A DNA stretch of 64,000 bases from NCBI GenBank assembly GCA_033722155.1, contig JAWVZN010000001.1, positions 29,450 to 93,449 on the forward strand, in the 5' to 3' direction. This stretch comes from Gemmatimonadota bacterium (GTDB lineage Bacteria > Gemmatimonadota > Gemmatimonadetes > JACCXV01 > JAHWKZ01). The stretch's first letter is position 1. Each line of letters opens with the position of its first letter. The notes under the pieces are model-generated. The model saw only the letters and a program-made list of their open reading frames with translations. It did no database searches and was not told the origin of the DNA. Positions 1 through 9,740 of the stretch are shown piece after piece. The translations under genes and the position numbers were made by a program.

Positions 1-1048
<1,048 letters not shown>

Positions 1049-1052
1049 CTCG

Positions 1053-2156
1053 TCACGCACTCCTTCCGTCCGGATAGAATACCACCTTGAGCGCTTCCTG
1101 GGCGTCGAACGCCTCCATCCCCTCCACGAAGCGGTCGAGGCCGTCGTAGGTGTGGGTCACCAGCGAGCGCACGTCCAACCCGCTGGCGAGGAGGTCGAGC
1201 ATCCGCTCCCAGGTGGAGAAGAGCCGACGGCCGATGATGGCGTCGATCCGCAACCCCTTGAAGATGAAGTCGCCCGCGAAGTCGTCGATGGTGATCGCCG
1301 CGTCGGTGGGGATGCCGAGCATCGAAATCGCCCCCCCCATGCGGGCGAGGCGGAGAGACTGGTTGATCGCCGCCTCGGCCCCGGACATCTCGAGCACGAG
1401 GTCGACCCCCCCGCCGGTCTCCTCGAGGATCCGCTCGGTGGCCTCCGCCGCCCCGTCCCCTCCGTTCGGCAGGACGGTGACGCCGTCGGCCCCGTGGTCG
1501 GCCTTCCAGGCCCGCGCCCGCGCGAGGGCCCGCTCGGAGACGTCGAGCACATAGACGCGCGCCGCCCGCTCGTGCTCGGCGATCGCGGTCGCCATCGCCC
1601 CGATCGGGCCGTACCCGAGGATCGCAACGGCGGTGCCGGTCAGGTCGTGGTCCTGCACGGTGTGGACGGCGTTCCCGAGGGCGTCGAGAAAGGCGCCCAC
1701 CTCGAGAGGCACCACCTCGGGATCGAGCGTCACCACGTTGGCGGCCGGGACGACCACGTACTCGGCGAAGGAGCCGTCCCGGTGGAACCCCACGATCTCG
1801 GTGTTGGCGCACACGTGGGCCCGGCCGATCCGGCACTGACGGCAGGTGCCACACACCACGTGCATCTCGGCGGAGACGAACGTTCCGGGATCGAGGTCGT
1901 CGCGTCCCGGATCCGGGCCCAGGGCGTCCACCTCCCCGCAGAACTCGTGGCCGTAGACCCTCGGCGGATCGATCATCGAGCGGACCGAGGGGTCCCAGTG
2001 GTAGATGTGGCGGTCGGAGCCGCAGATCGCGGCCGCCCGCACCTTGAGGCGCGCCTCGCCGGGGCCGGGCTCGGGCATCGGGACCTCGCGGACCTCCGTG
2101 CCGGGCTCCCCCCCCCGCTCGTCCACCTTCACGACCGCCCGCATCGAGGACCCCAA
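1053..2156 (-). CDS. tdh: L-threonine 3-dehydrogenase
   Basis: A 367-aa ORF with the zinc alcohol-dehydrogenase motifs ICGSDRHIYHWD, GHEFCGEV and VCGTCRQC. The tdh-kbl gene pair is conserved. Confidence 0.9.
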   Translation of the reverse strand: MGSSMRAVVKVDERGGEPGTEVREVPMPEPGPGEARLKVRAAAICGSDRHIYHWDPSVRSMIDPPRVYGHEFCGEVDALGPDPGRDDLDPGTFVSAEMHVVCGTCRQCRIGRAHVCANTEIVGFHRDGSFAEYVVVPAANVVTLDPEVVPLEVGAFLDALGNAVHTVQDHDLTGTAVAILGYGPIGAMATAIAEHERAARVYVLDVSERALARARAWKADHGADGVTVLPNGGDGAAEATERILEETGGGVDLVLEMSGAEAAINQSLRLARMGGAISMLGIPTDAAITIDDFAGDFIFKGLRIDAIIGRRLFSTWERMLDLLASGLDVRSLVTHTYDGLDRFVEGMEAFDAQEALKVVFYPDGRSA

Positions 2157-2163
2157 GACGGTC

Positions 2164-3136
2164 TCAGCCCGTCTCCGCCGGGGCCCCGGCGGTGGGGGCG
2201 GCAGCCGCCCCGATCCGCTCCAGGTACCGCTCCGCGTCCATGGCGGCCCGGCACCCCGCGCCCGCCGCTGTCACCGCCTGGCGGTACAGGTGATCGTGCA
2301 CGTCGCCGCCCACGAACACCCCGTCGACATCGGTGAGCGAGCGCCCTTCCTCCTTGGGGATCAGGTACCCCTGGGCGTCCATCGGGAGCTGCTCCTGGAA
2401 GATCTCGGTGTTCGGGACGTGCCCGATCGCGAGGAAGACCCCGTCGATCGGCATCTCCCACCGCTCGTCGGTCTCGTTGTTCCACAGCCTGACCGCCTCC
2501 ACCTGTCCCTCGCCGAGGACCTCGGTGACGTGGGAGTTCCACAGGAACTCGATCCTGTCGTTCGCGAGCGCGCGCTCCTGCATGATCTTCGAGGCGCGCA
2601 GCTCCTCTCGCCGGTGGACGACGGTGACCTTGCGGGCGAAGCGGGTGAGGAAGATCGCCTCCTCCATGGCGCTGTCGCCCCCGCCCACCACGATCACGTG
2701 CTGGTCGCGGAAGAAGGCGCCGTCGCAGGTGGCGCAGGTGGAGAGGCCGTGGCCGAGGAGTCGATCCTCTCCGGGGATCCCCAGCATCCGGGCGGAGGCG
2801 CCCGAGCACACGATCAACGCCCGGGTGCGGTACGGCTCGCCCTCGACCTCGATCAGGAACGGCCGGGACGAGAGGTCCGCTTTCGTGGCGTCGCCCGAGA
2901 CGAAGCGGGCGCCGAAGCGCTCCGCCTGCTCCCGCATCCGCCGGATCAGCTCCGGGCCCTGGATCCCCTCGGGAAAGCCGGGATAGTTCTCGACGTCGGT
3001 GGTGAGGGAGAGCTGCCCGCCGACCTCCACGCCGGTCACGACCAGTGGCTCCAGGTTGGCCCGCGAGGCGTAGATCGCGGCGGTGAGACCGGCGCAGCCC
3101 GACCCCAGGATGATCACTTGTTCCGGGTTCTCGCTC
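2164..3136 (-). CDS. trxB: thioredoxin-disulfide reductase
   Basis: MSENPEQVIILGSGCAGLTAAIYASRANL...CATCDGAFF (redox-active CxxC) ...VFVGGDV. The ORF-track N-terminus (MTLDQEIPG...) overlaps tRNA-Gln, so I place the start at the ATG at 3136. Confidence 0.9.
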
Positions 3137-3166
3137 ATGGAACCGCGTTTCCGAGCCGGGAGGTTG

Positions 3167-3237
3167 GTTGGCCCGCCTGGATTCGAACCAGGAATCTCTT
3201 GATCCAGAGTCAAGCGTGTTGCCAGTTACACCACGGG
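3167..3237 (-). tRNA. tRNA-Gln (anticodon CTG)
   Basis: The reverse complement is GGCCCGTGGTGTAACTGGCAACACGCTTGACTCTGGATCAAGAGATTCCTGGTTCGAATCCAGGCGGGCCA. It has a 7-bp acceptor stem, anticodon stem CTTGA/TCAAG, loop CTCTGGA with U33, and a GGTTCGAATCC T-arm. No CCA is encoded. Confidence 0.8.
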
Positions 3238-3312
3238 CCAAACAAACGGGGCGATCGGGTCGATAAAGCTATTCGCGCCCCGCGGGGTTAGCAACTCGCG
3301 GACCCCGTGCGC

Positions 3313-4449
3313 TCAGCGGGTCCAGCGGAGCCCGTCGCGCCGCTCCCGCCGCTCCCTCGCGAGTTCGATCAGGCGATCGCACAGCTCGCCGAAGCTCACC
3401 CCGGACGCCTCCCACAGGCGCGGGAACATGCTCATCCGGGTGAAGCCGGGGATCGTGTTGATCTCGTTCAGCAGGACCCGATCCTGCTCCCGGTCCAGGA
3501 AGAAGTCGACCCGTGCCATCCCCGCCGCGTCGATCGCGCGATAGGCGGCCACCGCCAGCTCCCGCACCCGCTCCTCCGTGTCCCCGGGCAACTCGGCCGG
3601 GATCACGAGCTCGACCGCGTCGTCGAAGTACTTGTCCTCGTAGTCGTAGAACTCGTGGCCCGGGACGACCTCGCCGACCACCGACGCCTCCGGCTCCTCG
3701 TTGCCGATCACCCCGCACTCGAGCTCGCGGCCGTCGATCCCGGTCTCCACCAGGAGCTTGGTGTCGTAGCGCAGCGCCTCGTCCATCGCGCCCGCCAGCT
3801 CCTCGAGCACGTGCGCCTTGGTGATCCCGATCGAGGAGCCGGAGTTGGCGGGCTTCACGAAGCACGGGAACCCGAGCTGGGAGGCGATCTCGCCCTTCCA
3901 CCTTCCGGGATCCGCACGCCACTCCTCCGCCCGCACGACGAGGTAGGGGCCCGTGGGCAGCCCCTCGGCGCGCCACACCGCCTTGGCGAGCGCCTTGTCC
4001 ATCCCCACGGCGCTTCCCCCGATCCCGGCGCCGACGTACGCCATCCCGGCGAGCTCGAAGAGGCCCTGCAGCGCTCCGTCCTCCCCCGTCTGGCCGTGGA
4101 TCAGCGGGAACAGGACGTCGATCGGGCCGCCGAGGGCGGGAGGGCCGGCGGGACTCTCGGGCCGGACGAGGGCGCCCTCGCGGCCCGGGTCCGGCAGCAG
4201 CGCCACGGCGGCGGTCCCCTCCGGATCCCCATCGAGAGCGCCGGCCGCCTCGGCACGCTCGATCAGCCGGTCGACGGCGTCGTCGGCCACCACCCAGCGG
4301 CCCTGCTTCGTGATCCCGATCTGGACGATCTCGTAGCGGTCGGGATCGAGCGCCCCCAGTACGGCCCGGGCGGACATGAGGCTCACCTCGTGCTCGCTCG
4401 AGCGGCCGCCGAAGAGGACGCCCACCCGGAGGCGTCGTCCCGCGCTCAC
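3313..4449 (-). CDS. ddl: D-alanine--D-alanine ligase
   Basis: RVGVLFGGRSSEHEVSLMSARAV...GQTGEDGALQGLFELAGMAYVGAG...FVKPANSGSSIGI...EINTIPGFT. The start is chosen at the GTG (VSAGRRLRVGVLFGG) that overlaps the suhB stop as GTGA. The ORF-track Met at 4515 is likely too far upstream. Confidence 0.85.
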   Translation of the reverse strand: MSAGRRLRVGVLFGGRSSEHEVSLMSARAVLGALDPDRYEIVQIGITKQGRWVVADDAVDRLIERAEAAGALDGDPEGTAAVALLPDPGREGALVRPESPAGPPALGGPIDVLFPLIHGQTGEDGALQGLFELAGMAYVGAGIGGSAVGMDKALAKAVWRAEGLPTGPYLVVRAEEWRADPGRWKGEIASQLGFPCFVKPANSGSSIGITKAHVLEELAGAMDEALRYDTKLLVETGIDGRELECGVIGNEEPEASVVGEVVPGHEFYDYEDKYFDDAVELVIPAELPGDTEERVRELAVAAYRAIDAAGMARVDFFLDREQDRVLLNEINTIPGFTRMSMFPRLWEASGVSFGELCDRLIELARERRERRDGLRWTR

Positions 4450-5261
4450 GGCGCCCACGGCTCCAGCGTGCGGACGATGGCGTCGTGGACCGTGGGGTTG
4501 CCCGAGGCGATCCAACCGCTCTCTCGGTGGCTCGTTCCACCGGCCCAGTCGGTGACGCGGCCGCCGGCCTCGAGGACGAGCAGCTCACCCGCGGCGATGT
4601 CCCAGAGCGAGAGGCCCAGCTCCCAGAAGCCGTCGACCCGTCCCGAGGCGACCCACGCCAGATCCAGGGCCGCCGATCCGGCCCGCCGCACGTCGCTCGT
4701 CTGGCGGAACAGGGCGCGGAACGTATCGAGGTAGCGGTCGAGCTGCTCGGGGTAGCGGAACGGGAAGCCGGTCGCGAGCAGGGCGGTCGGCAACCGGTCG
4801 TTTTCGGAGACCGAGATCGGGCGGGCCTCCCCGGGGTCACCGCGGTCCACCGCCGCCCCCGCCCCGGCCCGCCCCGTGAACCACTCCCCCCGCGCCACGT
4901 CCACGACGATCCCCACCACCGGCTCCTCGTCGTCGAACAGCGCCACCGAAACCGCGTAGACGGGGAAGTCGTGGACGTAGTTCGTGGTGCCGTCGAGCGG
5001 GTCGATCACCCACCGATAGCGGCCGCCCTTCTCGCCGCCCCCCTCCTCGGCGAGGTAGGCGTGGCCCGGGAACGCCTCGCGGAGCCGGGCCACGATCCGC
5101 CGCTCCGCCTCGTGGTCGGCCTCGGTGACCAGGTCGCGCGGGCGCTTCTCGGCGGCCTGCCCGCGGCCGGTCCGCTCCCGCGCCTCCTCGAGCGCCGCGA
5201 TCCCCTCGGCCGTCGCCTCGCGGGCGACCGCGAGCGCCTCGGCGGTGTCGAGCTCATCCAC
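4446..5261 (-). CDS. inositol monophosphatase family protein (SuhB-like)
   Basis: LVTEADHEAERRIVARLREAFPGHAYLAEEGG...WVIDPLDGTTNYVHDFPVYAVSVAL...WDIAAGELLVLEAGG (IMPase motifs). The start is uncertain; the GTG near 5261 avoids overlap with proS. Confidence 0.75.
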   Translation of the reverse strand: MDELDTAEALAVAREATAEGIAALEEARERTGRGQAAEKRPRDLVTEADHEAERRIVARLREAFPGHAYLAEEGGGEKGGRYRWVIDPLDGTTNYVHDFPVYAVSVALFDDEEPVVGIVVDVARGEWFTGRAGAGAAVDRGDPGEARPISVSENDRLPTALLATGFPFRYPEQLDRYLDTFRALFRQTSDVRRAGSAALDLAWVASGRVDGFWELGLSLWDIAAGELLVLEAGGRVTDWAGGTSHRESGWIASGNPTVHDAIVRTLEPWAP

Positions 5262-6984
5262 CCGAGCGTTCGAGCCGCACCCGCGACGCGACGTGGTCGA
5301 CGGCATCCTCGGGCGGCATCCGCTCGAGATCCCGCTTCGCCGCCCGGAAGGCGACCTCCACGACGCCGTCGGCGAGCCCCCGGTCCCCCACGACGACCCG
5401 GCACGGGATCCCGACCAGGTCGGCGTCGGCGAACTTGGACCCGGCCCGGTCGTCGCGGTCGTCCAGCAGGGTCTCCACGCCCTCGGCCCGGCACGCGTCG
5501 TAGATCCGCTCGGCGGTATCCACCACCTCCGCTGAGTCCATGTTGAGCGGCAGGATCTCCACCTCGTAGGGGGCGATCGGGACGGGCCACACGATCCCGT
5601 CGTCGTCGTGGTGCTGCTCGACCGCGGCCGCCGCCACCCGGGTGACCCCGAGGCCGTAGCACCCCATCAGGAACGGCCGCTCCTCCCCGGCGTCGTCCAG
5701 GAAGGTGGCGCCCATCGCCTCGGAGTACTTCGTGCCGAGGTCGAATATGTGGCCCACCTCGATCCCCCGGCTCTCGTCGAGCTCACCGTCGCACCGCGGG
5801 CACGGATCACCACCCCGCAGCTCGATCACGTCGGCCCACTCGTCGGGCTCCACGTCGCGGCCGATCTCGAGACCGGTCACGTGGAAGTCGGTCTCGTTCG
5901 CCCCGGCCACCAGGTCACCCCGGCCGGCGAGCGAGAAGTCCGCCACGATCCGGATGTCCCCGGGGAGGCCGTGAGGCCCGGCGAAGCCCACCTCCGCGCC
6001 GGTCACCTCCCGGACGCGAGCCGGGCCGGCCATCTCCAGCCGGGCGGCCCCCAGGTGGGACTCGAGCTTCGCCTCGCTCACCTCCCGGTCGCCCCGGGCC
6101 ATCACCGCCACCGTCTCCCCGTCGGCCTCGAACAGGAGCGTCTTCACGAACTCGTGGGGCTCGCGGGCGAGCTGCTCGGCGACCTCCGCGACCGTCGTCC
6201 GGCCGGGGGTCTCCACCCGCTCCAGCGGCTCCGGGGCGTGGTCGGGCGGCAGACCGTGGGCCGCGGGTACCGCCTCCGCCCGCTCGGAGGTGGCGGCGTA
6301 GCCGCACGCCCCGCACGCCAGAACCACGCTCTCACCGGTCTCGGCCAGCACCATGAACTCGTGGTTCACCTCGCCGCCGATCGCACCCGAGGCCGCCTCC
6401 ACGGCGCGGAAGTCGAGCCCGCACCGCTCGAAGATCCGGCTGTACGCGTCGAAGTATTCCCGGTAGTGCTCGCGGAGCGATTCCTCGTCGGCGTGGAAGG
6501 AGTAGCCGTCCTTCATCAAGAATTCGCGCGCCCGCATGATCCCGAAGCGGGGCCGGATCTCGTCGCGGAACTTCGTCTGGATCTGGAAGAGCGACAGCGG
6601 GAGGTCGCGGTAGGAGCGGAGCTCGTGGCGCGCCAGGTCGGTGATCACCTCTTCGTGGGTGGGACCCAGCGCGTAGGGACGGTCGTGGCGGTCCTCGAGC
6701 CGCATCATCAACGGCCCGTACACCTCCCACCGTCCCGACTCCCGCCACAACCCGGCGGGATGGAGGATCGGGAGCATCAGCTCGGTGGCCCCGATCCGCT
6801 CCAGCTCCTCCCGAACGATCCGCTCGATCTTCCGGAGGGTGCGCTGGAGCAGCGGCAGGTAGGAGTAGATCCCCCGCGCGAGCGGGCGCAGCATGCCGGC
6901 CCGCACCATCAGCCGGTGGCTCGCCACCTCGGCGTCGGCGGGATCCTCCTTGAGGGTCGGGACGAAGGCTCGGGTCCACCGCAT
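5254..6984 (-). CDS. proS: proline--tRNA ligase
   Basis: A 576-aa ORF: MRWTRAFVPTLKEDPADAEVASHRLMVRAGMLRPLARGIYSYLPL...FRDEIRPRFGIMRAREFLMKDGYSFH...GCYGLGVTRV. It is a full-length bacterial-type ProRS with an editing insertion. Confidence 0.95.
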   Translation of the reverse strand: MRWTRAFVPTLKEDPADAEVASHRLMVRAGMLRPLARGIYSYLPLLQRTLRKIERIVREELERIGATELMLPILHPAGLWRESGRWEVYGPLMMRLEDRHDRPYALGPTHEEVITDLARHELRSYRDLPLSLFQIQTKFRDEIRPRFGIMRAREFLMKDGYSFHADEESLREHYREYFDAYSRIFERCGLDFRAVEAASGAIGGEVNHEFMVLAETGESVVLACGACGYAATSERAEAVPAAHGLPPDHAPEPLERVETPGRTTVAEVAEQLAREPHEFVKTLLFEADGETVAVMARGDREVSEAKLESHLGAARLEMAGPARVREVTGAEVGFAGPHGLPGDIRIVADFSLAGRGDLVAGANETDFHVTGLEIGRDVEPDEWADVIELRGGDPCPRCDGELDESRGIEVGHIFDLGTKYSEAMGATFLDDAGEERPFLMGCYGLGVTRVAAAAVEQHHDDDGIVWPVPIAPYEVEILPLNMDSAEVVDTAERIYDACRAEGVETLLDDRDDRAGSKFADADLVGIPCRVVVGDRGLADGVVEVAFRAAKRDLERMPPEDAVDHVASRVRLERSGG

Positions 6985-7071
6985 GGGAGAACGAAGCTAC
7001 CGTGCGACGCGGGAGCGGAGCAACGGGGTCGGCGTCGGGCACCGGCGCGTGGGGGGAGGCTCCCTCCCCCG

Positions 7072-7176
7072 GAGAAACGCCGTTTACCGAGAAACGCCGT
7101 TTACGCCGCACGGGACCCGCTACGCCACGACGGCCCCCGTCTCGTTTCCGTCGTTTACGCGTTAACGGCGTTTCTC
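7072..7176. repeat. Cluster of a 16-bp near-palindromic motif, GAGAAACGCCGTTTAC. There are two direct copies (7072-7087 and 7090-7105), a degenerate copy (about 7148-7158, cgtcgtttac) and an inverted copy (7161-7176, GTTAACGGCGTTTCTC).
   Basis: Read directly in the 230-bp intergenic region between proS (minus-strand start 6984) and the sugar dehydrogenase gene (ends 7217). Each unit has internal dyad symmetry (GAAAC-GCC-GTTTC-like). Confidence 0.7.
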
Positions 7177-7216
7177 TCGGCGCGCGAGAAAGACCCCGGC
7201 ACCAACCGAACGGACT

Positions 7217-8338
7217 CTATCCCCCGTACGAGATCCGGTAGATCACCCCGTTGGCGTCGTCGGAGAGGAGGATCGAGCCGTCCGGCATCTGGAGGAGGTC
7301 GACCGGGCGGCCCCACTCCTCCTCGCCCTGCAGCCAGCCGGTGGCGAACGGCTCGTAGGAGACCGCCCTCCCCTCCCCGTCGAGCCGCACCAGGGTCACC
7401 CGGTAGCCGATCTTCTCGCTCCGGTTCCACGACCCGTGCTCGGGGATGAACACCTGGCCGCGGTACTCGGCCGGAAACTGCTCCCCGGTATAGAAGAGCA
7501 TCCCGAGAGCGGCCACGTGGGGGCCGAGGTTCTGCACCGGATCCACGAACTCGGAGCAGGGACGGCGGTCGCCGAACTCGGGGTCGGCGATCTCGCCGCC
7601 GTGGCAGAACGGGTAGCCGAAGTGGAGGCCCGGCTCGGGGGCGCGGTTCAGCTCGTCCGGGGGACGGTTGTCGCCGAGGCGGTCGCGGCCGTTGTCGGTG
7701 AACCACAACACGCCGGTCTCCGGGTGCCAGTCGAACCCGACCGTGTTTCGGACCCCCTCTGCGTAGATCTCGCGCTGGGAGCCGTCGGGGGTGATGCGGG
7801 TGATCGTGGCGTAGATCGGGTCCTCGGAGAGACAGATGTTGCACGGCGCTCCGACCGGGACGTAGAGCCACCCGTCCGGACCGAAGTCGATGTACTTCCA
7901 GCCGTGGTGCCGGTCCGTCGGGTAGTCGTCCCGGATCACCACCGGCGCGGGGGGATTCCCGAGCCGGTCGTCGATGCCGTCGTACCGCAATACGCGGTTC
8001 ACCTCGGCGACGTAGAGCGCGCCGTCCTTCCACACCACGCCGTTCGGCATCGTGAGCCCGCTCGCGATCGTCCACGTCCGGTCGGCGACCTGGTCGCCGT
8101 CTCCGTCGACCACGGCGTAGACGTTCCCTTCCCGGCGGGTTCCCACGTAGATCACGCCCGATTCCGACCGCGTCATCGAGCGCGCGTCGGGGAGATCGTC
8201 GGCGAAGACGGCGATCTCGAAGCCGGGCGGCATCTCGATCGTATCGAGCGGCAGGTCGGTCTGGGCGCCGCCCGGCGCGCAGAATACCGTGATGGAGAGC
8301 GTGGCTGCCAGGAACGCGGTCGCGAGGGAGCGGTTCAT
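7217..8338 (-). CDS. PQQ-dependent sugar dehydrogenase (soluble aldose/sorbosone dehydrogenase family), secreted
   Basis: Signal peptide MNRSLATAFLAATLSITVFCAPGGAQT, then GVVWKDGALYVAE...HHGWKYIDFGPDGWLYV...LGDNRPPDELN...HFGYPFCHG (YliI/sorbosone dehydrogenase beta-propeller). The ORF-track N-terminal extension to 9535 is a wrong-start artefact. Confidence 0.85.
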   Translation of the reverse strand: MNRSLATAFLAATLSITVFCAPGGAQTDLPLDTIEMPPGFEIAVFADDLPDARSMTRSESGVIYVGTRREGNVYAVVDGDGDQVADRTWTIASGLTMPNGVVWKDGALYVAEVNRVLRYDGIDDRLGNPPAPVVIRDDYPTDRHHGWKYIDFGPDGWLYVPVGAPCNICLSEDPIYATITRITPDGSQREIYAEGVRNTVGFDWHPETGVLWFTDNGRDRLGDNRPPDELNRAPEPGLHFGYPFCHGGEIADPEFGDRRPCSEFVDPVQNLGPHVAALGMLFYTGEQFPAEYRGQVFIPEHGSWNRSEKIGYRVTLVRLDGEGRAVSYEPFATGWLQGEEEWGRPVDLLQMPDGSILLSDDANGVIYRISYGG

Positions 8339-9714
8339 CGGGATCCTCCTCCTGGGGGGTCCAGCAGGTCGTTCAATCGACGGGTCACGATTTCGTCCTC
8401 GTCGGGAAGCAGGGTTCGAACGTCGAGCCAGAGGGCGTCGTCGGCCACGCGCGCGACGATCGGCGGATCGCCCCGGCGGAGCTCCCGGGCCAGCGCGTGG
8501 GGGGGGCCCGCTTCGGGCGCGACCCGGATCGCCCAGCCGGAGAGCGCCACCCCGGGCAGCGTGCCCCCGCCGGCGCGGCCGTCGTGGCGGGCGACCTCGC
8601 ACGCCACGCGGGCCGCGGGGTCGAGCGAATCCCTGAGCGCGCGGGCCCGGGATTCGAGCGCCCGGGGGCCGGCGGCCATCATCCGCCGCACGGGGATCGA
8701 CGAGGGGTCGGTCAGGTGGAGGCGGAGCGTGGCCTCGAGCGCGGCGAGCGTCTGCTTGTCGACCCGCATCGCGCGGAGCAGCGGATTCCTTCGCACCGCC
8801 CCGATCGCCGCTTCCGTTCCGAAAAGCATCCCCGCCTGCGGGCCGCCCAGCAGCTTGTCTCCGCTGGCGCACACGATCGCCGCCCCGGCGGCGATCCCGT
8901 CGGCCACGGTCGGCTCCTCCGGAGCCCCGGGGACCGGCTCCTGGATCCCGGTCCCCTGATCGAACACCACCGGGACCTGGTGCTCGGCCCCGATCCGGCA
9001 GAGAGCCTCGAGCCCCACCTCCGCCACGAACCCCTCCACGGCGAAGTTCGAGCGGTGGACCTTGAGGATCGCGCCCACGTTCCCGCCCTCCAGAGCGTGG
9101 CGGTAGTCCTCCGGATGCGTCTTGTTGGTGGCGCCCACCTCGACCAGCCCCGCGCCGCTCCGGGCCACGACCTCGTGGATCCGGAAGCCGCCGCCGATCT
9201 CGACCAGCTCCCCCCGCGAGACGATCACCTCCCTGCCCGCCGCCAGCGCGTCGACCGCGACCAGGAGCGCCGCGGCGTTGTTGTTCACCACCAGGGCGTC
9301 CTCCGCCCCGCTCCACGACCGGAGGAGCCGGGCCGCGTGATCGTAGCGAGACCCGCGCCGCCCCGACTCGAGATCGTACTCCAGCACGGTGTATCCCTCC
9401 GACGCCACCCGCATCGCCTCGATCGCCTCCTCGGCGAGCGGCGAGCGGCCGAGATTGGTGTGGACCACGACCCCGGTCGCGTTCACCACCCGGCCGAGGG
9501 CCGGCCGCGTCAGATCGCGAAGCTCCCGCACCCACCGACGCTCCACCGCCCTCCGGGCGGCCTTCTCGGTGGGATGGGCCTCGGGATCGGCGCGGAGCTC
9601 CTCGCGAACGGCCCGCAGCGCCGCCTCCAGGGCCATCCGCTCGAGGCGCTCACCGGCTCCCGCCGACCGCACCCCGTCCGGAGGAGCCTCCAGGCAGGCG
9701 TGGACCGCCGGCAT
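8335..9714 (-). CDS. selA: L-seryl-tRNA(Sec) selenium transferase (selenocysteine synthase)
   Basis: VVNATGVVVHTNLGRSPL...VVNNNAAALLVAV...VSRGELVEIGGGFRIHEV...VCASGDKLLGGPQAGMLFG (PLP-lysine motif). The start is the ATG (MPAVHACLE) at 9714; its stop overlaps the downstream sugar dehydrogenase ATG as ATGA. Confidence 0.85.
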   Translation of the reverse strand: MPAVHACLEAPPDGVRSAGAGERLERMALEAALRAVREELRADPEAHPTEKAARRAVERRWVRELRDLTRPALGRVVNATGVVVHTNLGRSPLAEEAIEAMRVASEGYTVLEYDLESGRRGSRYDHAARLLRSWSGAEDALVVNNNAAALLVAVDALAAGREVIVSRGELVEIGGGFRIHEVVARSGAGLVEVGATNKTHPEDYRHALEGGNVGAILKVHRSNFAVEGFVAEVGLEALCRIGAEHQVPVVFDQGTGIQEPVPGAPEEPTVADGIAAGAAIVCASGDKLLGGPQAGMLFGTEAAIGAVRRNPLLRAMRVDKQTLAALEATLRLHLTDPSSIPVRRMMAAGPRALESRARALRDSLDPAARVACEVARHDGRAGGGTLPGVALSGWAIRVAPEAGPPHALARELRRGDPPIVARVADDALWLDVRTLLPDEDEIVTRRLNDLLDPPGGGSR

Positions 9715-9740
9715 CCGTCGGAGCGCGTCGGGGGCCGCCG

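Noticed and set aside
7217-9535. Long N-terminal extensions in ORF-track calls such as 7217..9535, 9741..11591, 14777..16930, 26158..30402, 33084..34391, 39386..40921, 42430..44352 and 59524..61587. They would fuse neighbouring genes or add hundreds of G/R-rich residues.
   Set aside because: The extensions run antisense or out of frame through adjacent, well-supported genes. Recognisable homology begins only at internal ATG, GTG or TTG codons, which often overlap the upstream stop. I truncated them accordingly.
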